From positions 129,296 through 193,295 of the forward strand of contig JAFGAR010000101.1 in the NCBI GenBank assembly GCA_016933575.1: a DNA stretch of 64,000 nt, read 5' to 3'. Position numbers and translations under genes: made by a program. The notes beneath the pieces are model-generated. The model was given only the letters and a program-made list of their open reading frames with translations, had not been told where the DNA came from and searched no databases. This document shows positions 48,751-58,207 of this stretch, piece after piece (position 1 is the first letter of the stretch; every line of letters starts with the position of its first letter). The stretch is from Candidatus Thorarchaeota archaeon. Its GTDB lineage: Archaea; Asgardarchaeota; Thorarchaeia; Thorarchaeales; Thorarchaeaceae.

Positions 48751-50142
48751 ATGACAACAATGGATTTCTCACTTTCGGTATTAGTAGCAGGAACACTCTC
48801 TACAACAATTCTATTCTTATCTCTCTTAGTCTATTATAGAAGACTTAATGGAATCTCTGACAAACTCACTAAGGAGACTCTACTCTCTCTGAGAGTTTTT
48901 GGATTCTCAATACTTTGTCTTGTAGCTATGTTTCCAATGGGACTCATTGTTCCTGAATTCGCACAAATTTTGACTGGAGCTTCATTATTTGGAATGCTAG
49001 GTTCTCAATTAGCACTAGCAGTTGGCGACAGAAGCAAGATGAGAAAATATGCCTCTGTATTCTTTTTTATGCTCCTCTTTCTTATAGGTGAGACAATTGC
49101 TAGAATGGTAATAGTTCCTTATCCATTACCAGCAATCACCATGATGATTGTGTTGGCGGCTCTTTCGGTAGCATCACTCATAGGAGCTATCTATGTGGTT
49201 CGGGAATCTCCATCTCCCTTTACTGTATCAATGATCATCATTGTTATCTTTACAGTAATTGCAGGACAGACCTCAACGCATGGCTTTATTTCAACTGTTC
49301 CGCAATATTTCATGCTACAAATTCTTCCCAACATAGTAGCTATTGGTATAACCGCTTCAATGCTGAAACCTTGGAGAAACATCATCACCATTAGTATGAG
49401 TGCACTGATTGGAACTGTTGGACCTGCACTCTTCATTCCGGCATTTATCGCTGGAAATATGACCATCTTTCTGTTCACCATCAGTCTAACTTTTGCTTTA
49501 TTCTGTTTGATAATTCCTCTGGCTTTTTTCCTGCAACAAGCTGTCGAAACACGTGCATCAACAGCACTCTATATTTCGATATCACTTGTTTCGATTGGAC
49601 TTCTTGCTCTTACTCACGGTAACAATTTCTCAATAGCCTATAGTGCAATTGGAGCATGGGATGAAACTATTCTTTTCATTGACTGGTTCTTTGGTTTACT
49701 GGGAGTAAGTGCCTTCACAATGGCAGCCATTGCTTCAAGTTTTTCAGCTAATGTAAGACATGCTAGTCGAGAGATAATAATTGGAATTGCCAGTGGTCTT
49801 CTCGTACTAGGCCATCCTATTGTTCGATGGGTAGAATTCGATGGAGAACTGATACAGAGGTGGGAACTTGATCCCTTATACCTTGGCATCTTTGCGTTGC
49901 TCATTATTGCTTTTATCGTGTTCTTCAGGGTCTCTTACCAACTTTGGAAGGTAGGTTCCGGGCGAGCTGGATTGAGATTCATATTCTTCATGCTCGCAGC
50001 CCTCTTCCTTGGGATTGTAGCAATGTTTGCAGATCTAATAGCTCTTCAGATTCTTGTGCCTCTACTCCTTCTCTCAGGAGTTATGCTCATACTTAGTAGT
50101 CCGAAAAAGAATCCGTTCTCACAAACATATCAAACCAAATAG
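48751..50142 (+). CDS. Polytopic membrane protein (~15 TM; possible 7TM+1+7TM arrangement)
   Basis: GGGAGG RBS, about 15 hydrophobic segments, no transporter signature recognised. Confidence 0.75.
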   Translation: MTTMDFSLSVLVAGTLSTTILFLSLLVYYRRLNGISDKLTKETLLSLRVFGFSILCLVAMFPMGLIVPEFAQILTGASLFGMLGSQLALAVGDRSKMRKYASVFFFMLLFLIGETIARMVIVPYPLPAITMMIVLAALSVASLIGAIYVVRESPSPFTVSMIIIVIFTVIAGQTSTHGFISTVPQYFMLQILPNIVAIGITASMLKPWRNIITISMSALIGTVGPALFIPAFIAGNMTIFLFTISLTFALFCLIIPLAFFLQQAVETRASTALYISISLVSIGLLALTHGNNFSIAYSAIGAWDETILFIDWFFGLLGVSAFTMAAIASSFSANVRHASREIIIGIASGLLVLGHPIVRWVEFDGELIQRWELDPLYLGIFALLIIAFIVFFRVSYQLWKVGSGRAGLRFIFFMLAALFLGIVAMFADLIALQILVPLLLLSGVMLILSSPKKNPFSQTYQTK

Positions 50143-50163
50143 AATGTAAGTTAAATCAAGAAA

Positions 50164-50721
50164 GTGAAAACAATGACGATAATCAAGGCTGTTGTCTTAG
50201 GTGATTCGGAAGTTGGAAAGACCAGTTTCACCAAACGGTGGACACAAGGCACGTTTCCTAATCCAGAAATGCTCAAGACAACAGTCGGTGCCTCTTTTGA
50301 TACTCTAAAGACTACTCTATTGAATGGAACTACTGTCACGTTAAGTCTCTGGGATTTTGGTGGGCAAAGACGTTTTATCGAAGCACTCAAGGGGATGATT
50401 GTTGGGGCGAAGGTCGGACTCTTCTTTTTTGATGTGTCGCATCTGGCGAGCCTAGATAGTCTTTACAACTATTGGGTCCCTCTCGCTCAGGAAAACGGTA
50501 ACTTTGATTTTATGGGTGGAGATGGTGCGAGATTTTTGTTAGTGGGAAACAAAATTGATCTGCTCTGTGATGACTGCAATTCTTTTGACAAGGTCAAGGA
50601 TGAGATGGAAGTCTTTACAAAACGCTTCGGTATCGACACAACTCTGGTCTCAGCAAAGACAGGAGTAGGGATTGAACAATTAGATTTCAAGTTCAGACAG
50701 ATCATTGAGAAAGTCCTCTAG
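50164..50721 (+). CDS. Small Rab/Roc-like GTPase
   Basis: G1 GDSEVGKTS, G2 TTVG, G3 WDFGGQ, G4 NKID, G5 SAK; no C-terminal prenylation motif. Confidence 0.92.
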   Translation: MKTMTIIKAVVLGDSEVGKTSFTKRWTQGTFPNPEMLKTTVGASFDTLKTTLLNGTTVTLSLWDFGGQRRFIEALKGMIVGAKVGLFFFDVSHLASLDSLYNYWVPLAQENGNFDFMGGDGARFLLVGNKIDLLCDDCNSFDKVKDEMEVFTKRFGIDTTLVSAKTGVGIEQLDFKFRQIIEKVL

Positions 50722-50819
50722 CCCACATAGAACCAATTCTTTTTGTTTCGCTGGTAATTGGTATAATAGCCTTTACCTGTTCATTTTCACTTTTCTAAGC
50801 GAGTAAACTTTATTGTATA

Positions 50820-51296
50820 CTATCCACCAGGACTACCATGCCATGGAGAATCTTTCCACATGGTGTCCCAGATCATGTCTTCGGTGAGGGTTTCGGGTTC
50901 AATGACAGTCTTATGGAGTTCTTTCAAGAGAGCGTGATGTCTCAATTCATCTTCTCGAATCATACTAGCAATTGTCTTGACCTGTTCATCGTCACTCTTC
51001 TTGACGAGCTCTGTATAGGTTTCAACAGCCTGCTCTTCCATCTTGATGTGTGCTTCAATTCCTTTAGCTATCTTGTCTCGTTCCTTTTCACTGATGAAAG
51101 GTGTTGGTCCCTCTACTGCTTTCTTTAGGGACTTCAGTAATGCAGCATGCTTCTGAGAATCTGTAGAGATTCCAAGAAGTAAATCTTTGACAAAGGCATT
51201 ACCAAGCTTCTCAACATTTTCTTTCACAATCTCAATGATCTTGTGCTCCAATGAAATCTGCTTATCTATGAACCTAAGAGTTTCTTCTTTGTTCAA
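50820..51296 (-). CDS. Ferritin-like domain protein
   Basis: QISLE...DSQKH and HIKME...DELRHH; paralog of 41989..42465. Confidence 0.8.
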   Translation of the reverse strand: MNKEETLRFIDKQISLEHKIIEIVKENVEKLGNAFVKDLLLGISTDSQKHAALLKSLKKAVEGPTPFISEKERDKIAKGIEAHIKMEEQAVETYTELVKKSDDEQVKTIASMIREDELRHHALLKELHKTVIEPETLTEDMIWDTMWKDSPWHGSPGG

Positions 51297-51457
51297 TCTG
51301 GTACACTCCAGTCGTTGATAGGATACAGTTCCTTCATTTCACTTAAGACTATTCACTAATGGTGTAATTCTGGACTCATTTGTGGATTCTTCAAAATGTA
51401 TATCAGTGATAGTAATATTGTAACTTTCACGTCTGTAAAGATGTGGTGATATTAGAT

Positions 51458-51700
51458 ATGCCAAAAGCGATCATTTACACCGCGCCTGACTGTCCACATT
51501 CAAAAAATCTCAAGGATTTTCTAAAGGAAAACAATATTGATTTTGAGGAAAATAATATCTTGAAATCTAAAGAGATAGCATTGGAATTGAAAGAAAAGAC
51601 CGGTCAGATGGGGATACCAGTAGCCATCATTCAGGGTGAAGTATTCATTGGTTTTGATAGACGTGTAGAACGTAGAATTAAACGTCAGGTGGGAGTGTGA
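51458..51700 (+). CDS. Glutaredoxin/NrdH-like protein (CPHS)
   Basis: IYTAPDCPHS, TGQMGIPV, IGFD. GGTGA RBS before ATG 51458. Confidence 0.88.
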   Translation: MPKAIIYTAPDCPHSKNLKDFLKENNIDFEENNILKSKEIALELKEKTGQMGIPVAIIQGEVFIGFDRRVERRIKRQVGV

Positions 51701-51704
51701 AGGA

Positions 51705-52640
51705 ATGTACGATTTAGTAATAATTGGTTCCGGTGTGACGGGCTATGGGGCTGCTATGTATGCAGCTAGACTTGATCTCAGCATTGCAGTTATTGGTGAT
51801 GTAGATGGAGGTACTATTACCCTAACAGATGATGTAGCAAACTATCCCGGTTACCTCCAACTTACTGGAAAGGAGCTATCTGAAAAAATAAAGGAACATG
51901 CACTTGACTATCCGGTCTTTATCGAATCTGGAACTGTCACAGATATATTTCGATGCAAGGAGAATTGCTTCTATGTTGTCACAGAGAACAAATCATTTCT
52001 TACAAAGTCAATCATAATCGCAACAGGTATGAAGGAGCGTGAACTCGAAGTACCAGGACATGACGAGTTAAAAAATCGGGGTGTAAGTTACTGCGCGTTA
52101 TGTGATGCTCCACTCTATAAGGACAAGATAGTAGCTGTTATTGGAGGGAGTGATAGTGCTGCAAAAGAAGCACTTCTATTGGCGAAATATTGTCCAAAGG
52201 TCTATATCATCTATAGACGGGAGAAGATTAGACCAGAACCCATTAATGCAGCTAGAATTGAAAGAGAACCAAAGATTGAGATTATTTCAAAGACAAATGT
52301 GACAGAGATACTAGGAACTAATAAGGTCACTGGAGTAAAATTGGATAGACCCTACAACGGTTCTGATGTTTTGGGTCTTGATGGTGTTTTTGTAGCAATA
52401 GGAGGAATACCCTATTCAGGACTCGCAAAGAAGTTGGGAGTAGAGGTCAATGAAAAGGGTGAGATCAAGATTGACCGCTCCAGTCGTACCAATGTCGATG
52501 GCGTATTTGCCGCAGGCGATGTTGTGGATAGCGAGTTCAAACAGGCAATAACAGGAGTTGCAGAGGGTGTACATGCAGCTTATCAAGCATACAAATATGT
52601 GAATGAGAACGAATTCATCTTTACCTATCAACAAGAATGA
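51705..52640 (+). CDS. trxB: Thioredoxin reductase
   Basis: GSGVTG, IIATG, GVSYCALCD, GGSDSA, FAAGD, KQAIT. Confidence 0.9.
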   Translation: MYDLVIIGSGVTGYGAAMYAARLDLSIAVIGDVDGGTITLTDDVANYPGYLQLTGKELSEKIKEHALDYPVFIESGTVTDIFRCKENCFYVVTENKSFLTKSIIIATGMKERELEVPGHDELKNRGVSYCALCDAPLYKDKIVAVIGGSDSAAKEALLLAKYCPKVYIIYRREKIRPEPINAARIEREPKIEIISKTNVTEILGTNKVTGVKLDRPYNGSDVLGLDGVFVAIGGIPYSGLAKKLGVEVNEKGEIKIDRSSRTNVDGVFAAGDVVDSEFKQAITGVAEGVHAAYQAYKYVNENEFIFTYQQE

Positions 52641-52671
52641 GAATATGTGATTTGTACCAATTTGCTAACTA

Positions 52672-54090
52672 TCACAGAGATTGAAGTTTGACCCTAAAGG
52701 TAGCCCCTTTCTTTGTCTTGTCATGTATCAGCTCGATACTTCCATCATATGCTTCTACCACCTTACGACAGAGATAGAGCCCAAAACCTTTGCCTGAAGT
52801 GGAGACTCCTTTTCCAAAAAGGTTGTCCTTTATGCTAGTTGGAATTCCAGGACCGTTATCGGAGACCTCGATAATTACTGAATTCTCTATTTTCTTTAGG
52901 ACAATTGATACCTCAGCTTGTGGCCCTGCATAGTCGATTACATTTCTTAGGAGATTAGTCCAGACCAAGGGAAGAAGTCGACCAGCGCTTGCATTGAGTG
53001 ACTCTTGTCCTGTTGTGTTGGAGATATTGATCTTTAGTCTTGGATTAGTCAATAGAGCTTCATCTTTCACTCCATTCAACATAGTCACAATGTCAGCTTC
53101 GTAAAATTCGGGTGGGGCTTGAAAGAGATCAAGAAGTTTTGCCATCCTCTGTGCAGCAGTTTGCACGACATCAAGGAAGTTAGAGGATTCAGTTGTGTCA
53201 TGCCTTGAAAGTCTGTGTGATTCGATTTGGGTCAATATTAGGTGAAGATCACTTCTTAGGTCATGTTGGAGTAGATTCGCATAGAGTTCCAGATCCCGAT
53301 TTGATCTCTGCAATTTTAGATTTGCAAGATATGATTCTGTAATATCCATTGTAGTTCCGAAGAACCTTGTTATCTCTCCATTTTCATCATGCTCACTCTC
53401 TCCAATTTCATGAACGTATTTTTCATTCCCATCACTAAGACGAATCCGAAATACAATATCGAATGGTGCATGTTCACTAATTGATTTCTCAACAGCATCC
53501 TTTACACTCTGAACATCATCTGGATGAATAAAATCATAAAACGTATCCGGATCTACGGGTTGAGGGTCAATGCCAAAGATATGATAGAGCTCATCAGACC
53601 ATAGATGAATGTTTTCCTTAATCCGCCAGTCCCAGTTGCCTATATGAGCTATTCTCTGTGCTTCATTGAGCGTCTTCTCGCTTCTCTGAATTCGTTCTCG
53701 CGCCCGGATTCTACCTGATATATCTCTGGCAATGGAAAGAATTGCCGGAATAGCTTGAAAATGCAAAAAAGTGCTATTTACTTCAACAGGTATTTGTTTT
53801 CCTTCTTTTGTCCAATGAATACTCTCAAACATTATCCTCTTGCGTTCTTGTAGGTCTTCTATGAGAGTGGCTGAATCCTTGGAATTATCAGTTTTATCAA
53901 TATCTCGAATTCTTAATCGCATCAATTCTTCTCTTGAGTAACCAAGTCTCTCGCACATAGTTAGATTGACGTACAGGATTTCCCCAAATGATGTATGGAT
54001 TATTATGCTATCATTTGCACTATCAAATAATTGAGAATAGATATCCTCCCCATTATGCACAATATTATTTGGAATAGAATCATTTGTCAT
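52672..54090 (-). CDS. Cytoplasmic PAS-PAS sensor histidine kinase
   Basis: Two PAS/PAC domains, H-box QHDLRS, N-box NLLRNVIDY, DNGPGIP, GFGLYLC. Confidence 0.92.
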   Translation of the reverse strand: MTNDSIPNNIVHNGEDIYSQLFDSANDSIIIHTSFGEILYVNLTMCERLGYSREELMRLRIRDIDKTDNSKDSATLIEDLQERKRIMFESIHWTKEGKQIPVEVNSTFLHFQAIPAILSIARDISGRIRARERIQRSEKTLNEAQRIAHIGNWDWRIKENIHLWSDELYHIFGIDPQPVDPDTFYDFIHPDDVQSVKDAVEKSISEHAPFDIVFRIRLSDGNEKYVHEIGESEHDENGEITRFFGTTMDITESYLANLKLQRSNRDLELYANLLQHDLRSDLHLILTQIESHRLSRHDTTESSNFLDVVQTAAQRMAKLLDLFQAPPEFYEADIVTMLNGVKDEALLTNPRLKINISNTTGQESLNASAGRLLPLVWTNLLRNVIDYAGPQAEVSIVLKKIENSVIIEVSDNGPGIPTSIKDNLFGKGVSTSGKGFGLYLCRKVVEAYDGSIELIHDKTKKGATFRVKLQSL

Positions 54091-54216
54091 AGCTATTGCT
54101 ACTCCGATTTTTGTTGACTATGTGCATGTAATTTCCTTATTTCGTGGCAGCTCAGTAGGATTTCAAATTCTTGGTACTAATAGAGCTTTGGGTGAAGAAA
54201 GTAACCAAGGAGCTAA

Positions 54217-54876
54217 TTATTCAATGGCTTCGAATAATTTATCCACGAACATCTCAGGAGGTGTCAATCCATCAGCTGATACAGTTTCATTGAAAATAGT
54301 CTTTGGCACCCCAAAGACCTCGTATTTAGATGCTTCATCTTGAAATTCCAATGATTCGAACATCTCTGAATCAATGAGTGGATTTAGAATAGCTGCTTGG
54401 TGAGCTAAACGGGTCATTCCTGGACAATAAGGACATTGTGGAGTAACAAAGACTCTGATATGAATTGGTTTGTCAATTGCCCGAATATCTTCTATTACAT
54501 CTGGGGGAAGTGGTGCTGTACCTGATGAAACATCGATAATACCCCCAATCAAAGCTGCGAATTCATGACCTGCAGGAATTCCATAGAATTTCACTTTGTA
54601 TTCATCCTTGCCATGCAGCACAATGGCTGGATGATGCTTGACTCCCATCTTCTTTGCCACATCATTATCTAAAGATCCTTCATGCTCCACAACTTTCACA
54701 AGATCTGAAAGTTCAGCCACCATCTCAACCATATCTCTTGTATCATTACAATAGAGGCATTTGTTGCCTTCAGTAAACAAGTGTATTGTCACTTCATCCA
54801 CAAGGTTTTCAAACATTTCTTTTACTTGTTCTCGTGTTGCATCATCCATCTCTACAACCATAGTAATCACATCCAA
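54217..54876 (-). CDS. Protein disulfide oxidoreductase (PDO / AhpF N-terminal-like)
   Basis: Two thioredoxin folds with CLYC and CPYC, GIPAGHEF, GVPKT. Confidence 0.9.
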   Translation of the reverse strand: MDVITMVVEMDDATREQVKEMFENLVDEVTIHLFTEGNKCLYCNDTRDMVEMVAELSDLVKVVEHEGSLDNDVAKKMGVKHHPAIVLHGKDEYKVKFYGIPAGHEFAALIGGIIDVSSGTAPLPPDVIEDIRAIDKPIHIRVFVTPQCPYCPGMTRLAHQAAILNPLIDSEMFESLEFQDEASKYEVFGVPKTIFNETVSADGLTPPEMFVDKLFEAIE

Positions 54877-54918
54877 TGAGAAGTTGGTGCAGAATTAAAA
54901 TTTAATGGCTTTGTTTTT

Positions 54919-55197
54919 TCATGGGAAGCGGTTTGATATCTCCTCATGATTCATGATGCTAGATGTCTGTTCAGCTACTTCTCCTCTAATTACTCTTACA
55001 ACTGCTTTTCCATCTATCTTAGAAATATGAAATACTTCGTTATGGGCTTTTAGGGTAAAACTCTCTCCATCCTCAAGATTCTCCATGACTCTCTTACCTA
55101 AAGGCCCATTGAGATACATCTGATACATACGGATTATTCTATCTATCTCACGCTCCCTCATTGACATCTTCAATATCCCCTGATACCAGTGGCGCAT
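54919..55197 (-). CDS. Small hypothetical protein
   Basis: Plausible composition and fills the gap between co-oriented genes. Start may be 55167. Confidence 0.55.
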   Translation of the reverse strand: MRHWYQGILKMSMREREIDRIIRMYQMYLNGPLGKRVMENLEDGESFTLKAHNEVFHISKIDGKAVVRVIRGEVAEQTSSIMNHEEISNRFP

Positions 55198-55250
55198 CTT
55201 AGATTATACTTATCTTTATTTAAATAATTAGGAGTCACATCGAATGAATC

Positions 55251-56324
55251 CTACACCCATGTAATTCTCTCATCCTCAATAAGCTCCTCTAGAGCAATTG
55301 GAATTTCTTCATAATTCTGGTACTTCTTCTTAGCAGTGATTGCAGTTTTTTTCGCGATACTAATATCCTCAAGTTCTTGGCATTTGAAAAGAGCAGTAAC
55401 ATCGATTTTCTCGAATTGATTCTCTATAGGATGTTCACTATAAAGATACAATTCAGTCAGAGATCTGCAGGTAGAGAGCGGTGTAAGGTCAATATCAACA
55501 AGTCGATTTCCAGCAATATCCAAAGCAGTGAGTTTTTTGGCTTTGGCTAGAGGGGATAAATCAATCTTCTCAATAGTATTCATTGCTAGCCCAACTCTTC
55601 GCAATTCTAAACAGGCTGCGAGAGGATTAAGGTCAATTTCCGTTAGTTGATTACTACCAAGCCTCAATATTCTGAGGTCTGAGCATTTCATAAGAGCGTC
55701 CAGTTTGATTGATTGTAATCTGTTATGATGAAGATAGAGAAATTTGAGTTTTGTACACGAAGAGAGAGGTATGAGATCTAATTCAGATAGTGAGTTATAC
55801 ATCAGATTGAGTTGTTGAAAATTTGAGCAATTACTCAATGGACTCAAATCAATATTTTCAATAAGATTATTCTCAATCTCAAGACTTTCCAATGAACTGC
55901 ATTCACTCAATGGAACAAGAGAAAGATGAGCCAGCTGGTTGTTGAATAATCTTAAACGTGTCAGTTTTTTTAATTGAGCTAGTGGGATTAGATCAATCTT
56001 TCCAATGCTATTAGAACCCAAATGCAGCTCCTTCAGGTTATCACAACCTGCCAATTGACTAAGGTCGATAGAAGTAAGATTATTCTTAAATAGACTAAGA
56101 ACTTCGAGGTTAGGTAGATCAGCAAGTGGTTTCAAATCAATTTTCGAAATTAGGTTGCTACCGAGTTGAATATCTTGAAGACTTTCAAGGTCCCTCAAAG
56201 TATCAAGTTGAATTGAAGTTATTCCTTGACGTGAGAGGTCGAGTGTACTTGTTGAATCATCATCTATTTCCACCTTTCGTTCTTTTCCCTCTTTGTCTAC
56301 AAATTTGATTGAGACTTCATCCAT
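55251..56324 (-). CDS. Leucine-rich repeat protein (~12 x 22-aa repeats)
   Basis: Regular LxxLxLxxNxLxxIDLxPLxxC repeats. Confidence 0.92.
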   Translation of the reverse strand: MDEVSIKFVDKEGKERKVEIDDDSTSTLDLSRQGITSIQLDTLRDLESLQDIQLGSNLISKIDLKPLADLPNLEVLSLFKNNLTSIDLSQLAGCDNLKELHLGSNSIGKIDLIPLAQLKKLTRLRLFNNQLAHLSLVPLSECSSLESLEIENNLIENIDLSPLSNCSNFQQLNLMYNSLSELDLIPLSSCTKLKFLYLHHNRLQSIKLDALMKCSDLRILRLGSNQLTEIDLNPLAACLELRRVGLAMNTIEKIDLSPLAKAKKLTALDIAGNRLVDIDLTPLSTCRSLTELYLYSEHPIENQFEKIDVTALFKCQELEDISIAKKTAITAKKKYQNYEEIPIALEELIEDERITWV

Positions 56325-56463
56325 TGTAATTCATTCCTTTCTATGTCAGCAGGCTCACTTTGTGAGTATTTACCAGCTATTCAATCTTTTTGAAATAGAT
56401 ATCTAGACTTTCAATGTAAGGAAAATCTTAATGCTCAGCGTATTAGGTGTTAATTGAGGAAGG

Positions 56464-57009
56464 ATGAATCAAGTGAATGATAATGTCTATCAGAGATTAG
56501 GAATAGATATGAACGTACTTGCTGGCATTCTTCTTTTGATTCAGTTCTTTCTCTTACTCATTTTTTTCAATGTCCAAGCTAATATTCTTCTGCTTGGAAT
56601 CGGATGGGTTTTATTGCTGCCGGGATTCATCCTAAGTATTTTGCCAATTACTACACTTTCTACTCATGGTCAAGTACCAGAAGGCGACGACTGGTATGAA
56701 ACAAGAATAGTAGTCAGAGCTGGGCTCTATGGAATTTGTCGGCACCCTATTATATTAGGGAGTATGATTTTATCAATCTCTCTCACGTTGATAATACAAT
56801 TCTGGCTAAGCACACTCATAACAGCCATCACAGTCCTGCTTCTAATTGACGTAGCTATCATGGAAGATAACAATAACGTTGAGAAGTTAGGATCCGATTA
56901 TTTCACGTATAGAAGAGAAGTTCCCAGGTTCAATGTGTTCCTTGGTATGTATAGATATTACAAAAGGAGAAGAATAGCTGTTTCTAACAAGGATATTGTT
57001 CGAAATTGA
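56464..57009 (+). CDS. Isoprenylcysteine carboxyl methyltransferase (Ste14) / PEMT family membrane protein
   Basis: IVVRAGLYGICRHPIILG, ED...LGSDY..YRREVPRF; about 4 TM helices. Confidence 0.85.
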   Translation: MNQVNDNVYQRLGIDMNVLAGILLLIQFFLLLIFFNVQANILLLGIGWVLLLPGFILSILPITTLSTHGQVPEGDDWYETRIVVRAGLYGICRHPIILGSMILSISLTLIIQFWLSTLITAITVLLLIDVAIMEDNNNVEKLGSDYFTYRREVPRFNVFLGMYRYYKRRRIAVSNKDIVRN

Positions 57010-57108
57010 TAGCAACAATCTAAACTTTGTTCATTTAGGTCAATTTCTTAGCCAGAAGAGTATCCTTTTTAACAGATATTTTGTCAACGGCAACACCTTA
57101 CAAAGGAG

Positions 57109-57483
57109 ATGGAACATTTGGGCAAGAAGATACTCGGCATCTTATTGATGACTTCTCCATATACATTTCAGAATAGTCATACCTTCTATGATTTGTGCAA
57201 AGCTGCACTGTCGAAGGGATATAGAGTAAAGGTATTCCTCTTTGTGGATGGAGTAAACAATGCAAAATTGAATCAGGACCCGGATCCTGATAGACCGATG
57301 AATGACAAATTCTTGGAACTGGCTAATGAAGGGATTGAGTTTCAAGCATGCGGCCTCTGCACTTCAGCTCGTGGATTTGACCAGCGTGGCGGAGATTTTG
57401 TTGAAGGCATGGAAGTCAGTGGATTAACAGAATTTGCTGAGCAGATAGGCGAGGTTGACAGATTCATAACATTCTCAATTTAG
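57109..57483 (+). CDS. dsrE: DsrE/TusD-like sulfurtransferase
   Basis: TSPY, VFLFVDGV, ACGLCTSARG, SGLTEF. Confidence 0.85.
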   Translation: MEHLGKKILGILLMTSPYTFQNSHTFYDLCKAALSKGYRVKVFLFVDGVNNAKLNQDPDPDRPMNDKFLELANEGIEFQACGLCTSARGFDQRGGDFVEGMEVSGLTEFAEQIGEVDRFITFSI

Positions 57484-57494
57484 GAGTGATAAAG

Positions 57495-57845
57495 ATGGAT
57501 TTTACAGAAAGAAAAGTATTGATTCTGGTGATCAGCAAACCCTTTGGTAAGATAATTGCTGCAGAAGGCTGGCGTGCTGCTGTTGGTATGTTTGGAATGG
57601 ACCATCAATCCCAGATGCTCTTCATTGGTGATGGCGTATATGGTCTAATGAAAGAGCAAGATATCGCACCAATAAGGATGTTTAAGTCGACATTCGAGTC
57701 CTTTGATGGCCGAGTCTGCGTAAGTAAGAAATCTCTGGATGAACGAAAAATCAACAAGAGTGAGATATTTGAAGGTGTCGAGGTTCTAGACGAAGAAAGC
57801 GTTGCCAATGCCTTAGTGGAGAATGAGGTAATTATATCATTCTAA
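57495..57845 (+). CDS. dsrF: DsrF/TusC-like sulfur relay protein
   Basis: KPFG, AEGWRAA, LFIGDGVY, SLDERKI; lies between dsrE and dsrH. Confidence 0.8.
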   Translation: MDFTERKVLILVISKPFGKIIAAEGWRAAVGMFGMDHQSQMLFIGDGVYGLMKEQDIAPIRMFKSTFESFDGRVCVSKKSLDERKINKSEIFEGVEVLDEESVANALVENEVIISF

Positions 57846-57859
57846 GGAGGAAATTTGAA

Positions 57860-58159
57860 ATGAAATATTTGATTTGGTTATCCAACGATTGTGCAAGTGT
57901 TAAGGAAATCGTATCCAGTCTGGCAAGAAAAGAAGTTCAGATTGAGATTCTTCTTCTCCAAGATGGCGTATATTTGGCAGACAGAGGTTGTCCGGAATCA
58001 AGTGAACTAAAGGAACTTGGTCTCAAGGTCCATGCACTCAAAAATCATGTCGAAGAGAGAGGTATCACCGATAGACTTCTAGTAGGTGTGAATCTGATCG
58101 ATTATGAAGATGTCGTAGATCTCATCATGGAAAAATCTGATAAGATAATCTCCTTGTAA
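57860..58159 (+). CDS. dsrH: DsrH/TusB-like sulfur relay protein
   Basis: LLLQDGVY, HVEERGI, IDYEDVVDL; GGAGG RBS. Confidence 0.85.
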   Translation: MKYLIWLSNDCASVKEIVSSLARKEVQIEILLLQDGVYLADRGCPESSELKELGLKVHALKNHVEERGITDRLLVGVNLIDYEDVVDLIMEKSDKIISL

Positions 58160-58170
58160 TAGCAATAGAT

Positions 58171-58206
58171 ATCATTCCTGTTTCGTTTCAGGGATGATTC
58201 TTCTTT
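58171..58206 (+). terminator. Hairpin between convergent dsrH and DUF22 genes
   Basis: ATCATTCCTG-N8-CAGGGATGAT followed by TCTTCTTT. Confidence 0.5.
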
Positions 58207-58207
58207 A

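Noticed and set aside
55251-56324. 66-nt periodicity as a DNA repeat or CRISPR array
   Set aside because: It is protein-level LRR periodicity with divergent codons; there are no identical direct repeats with spacers.
56464-57009. ICMT-like gene as evidence for CAAX processing of the small GTPase
   Set aside because: The GTPase ends in EKVL with no C-terminal Cys, and Ste14/PEMT-family proteins are widespread in prokaryotes.
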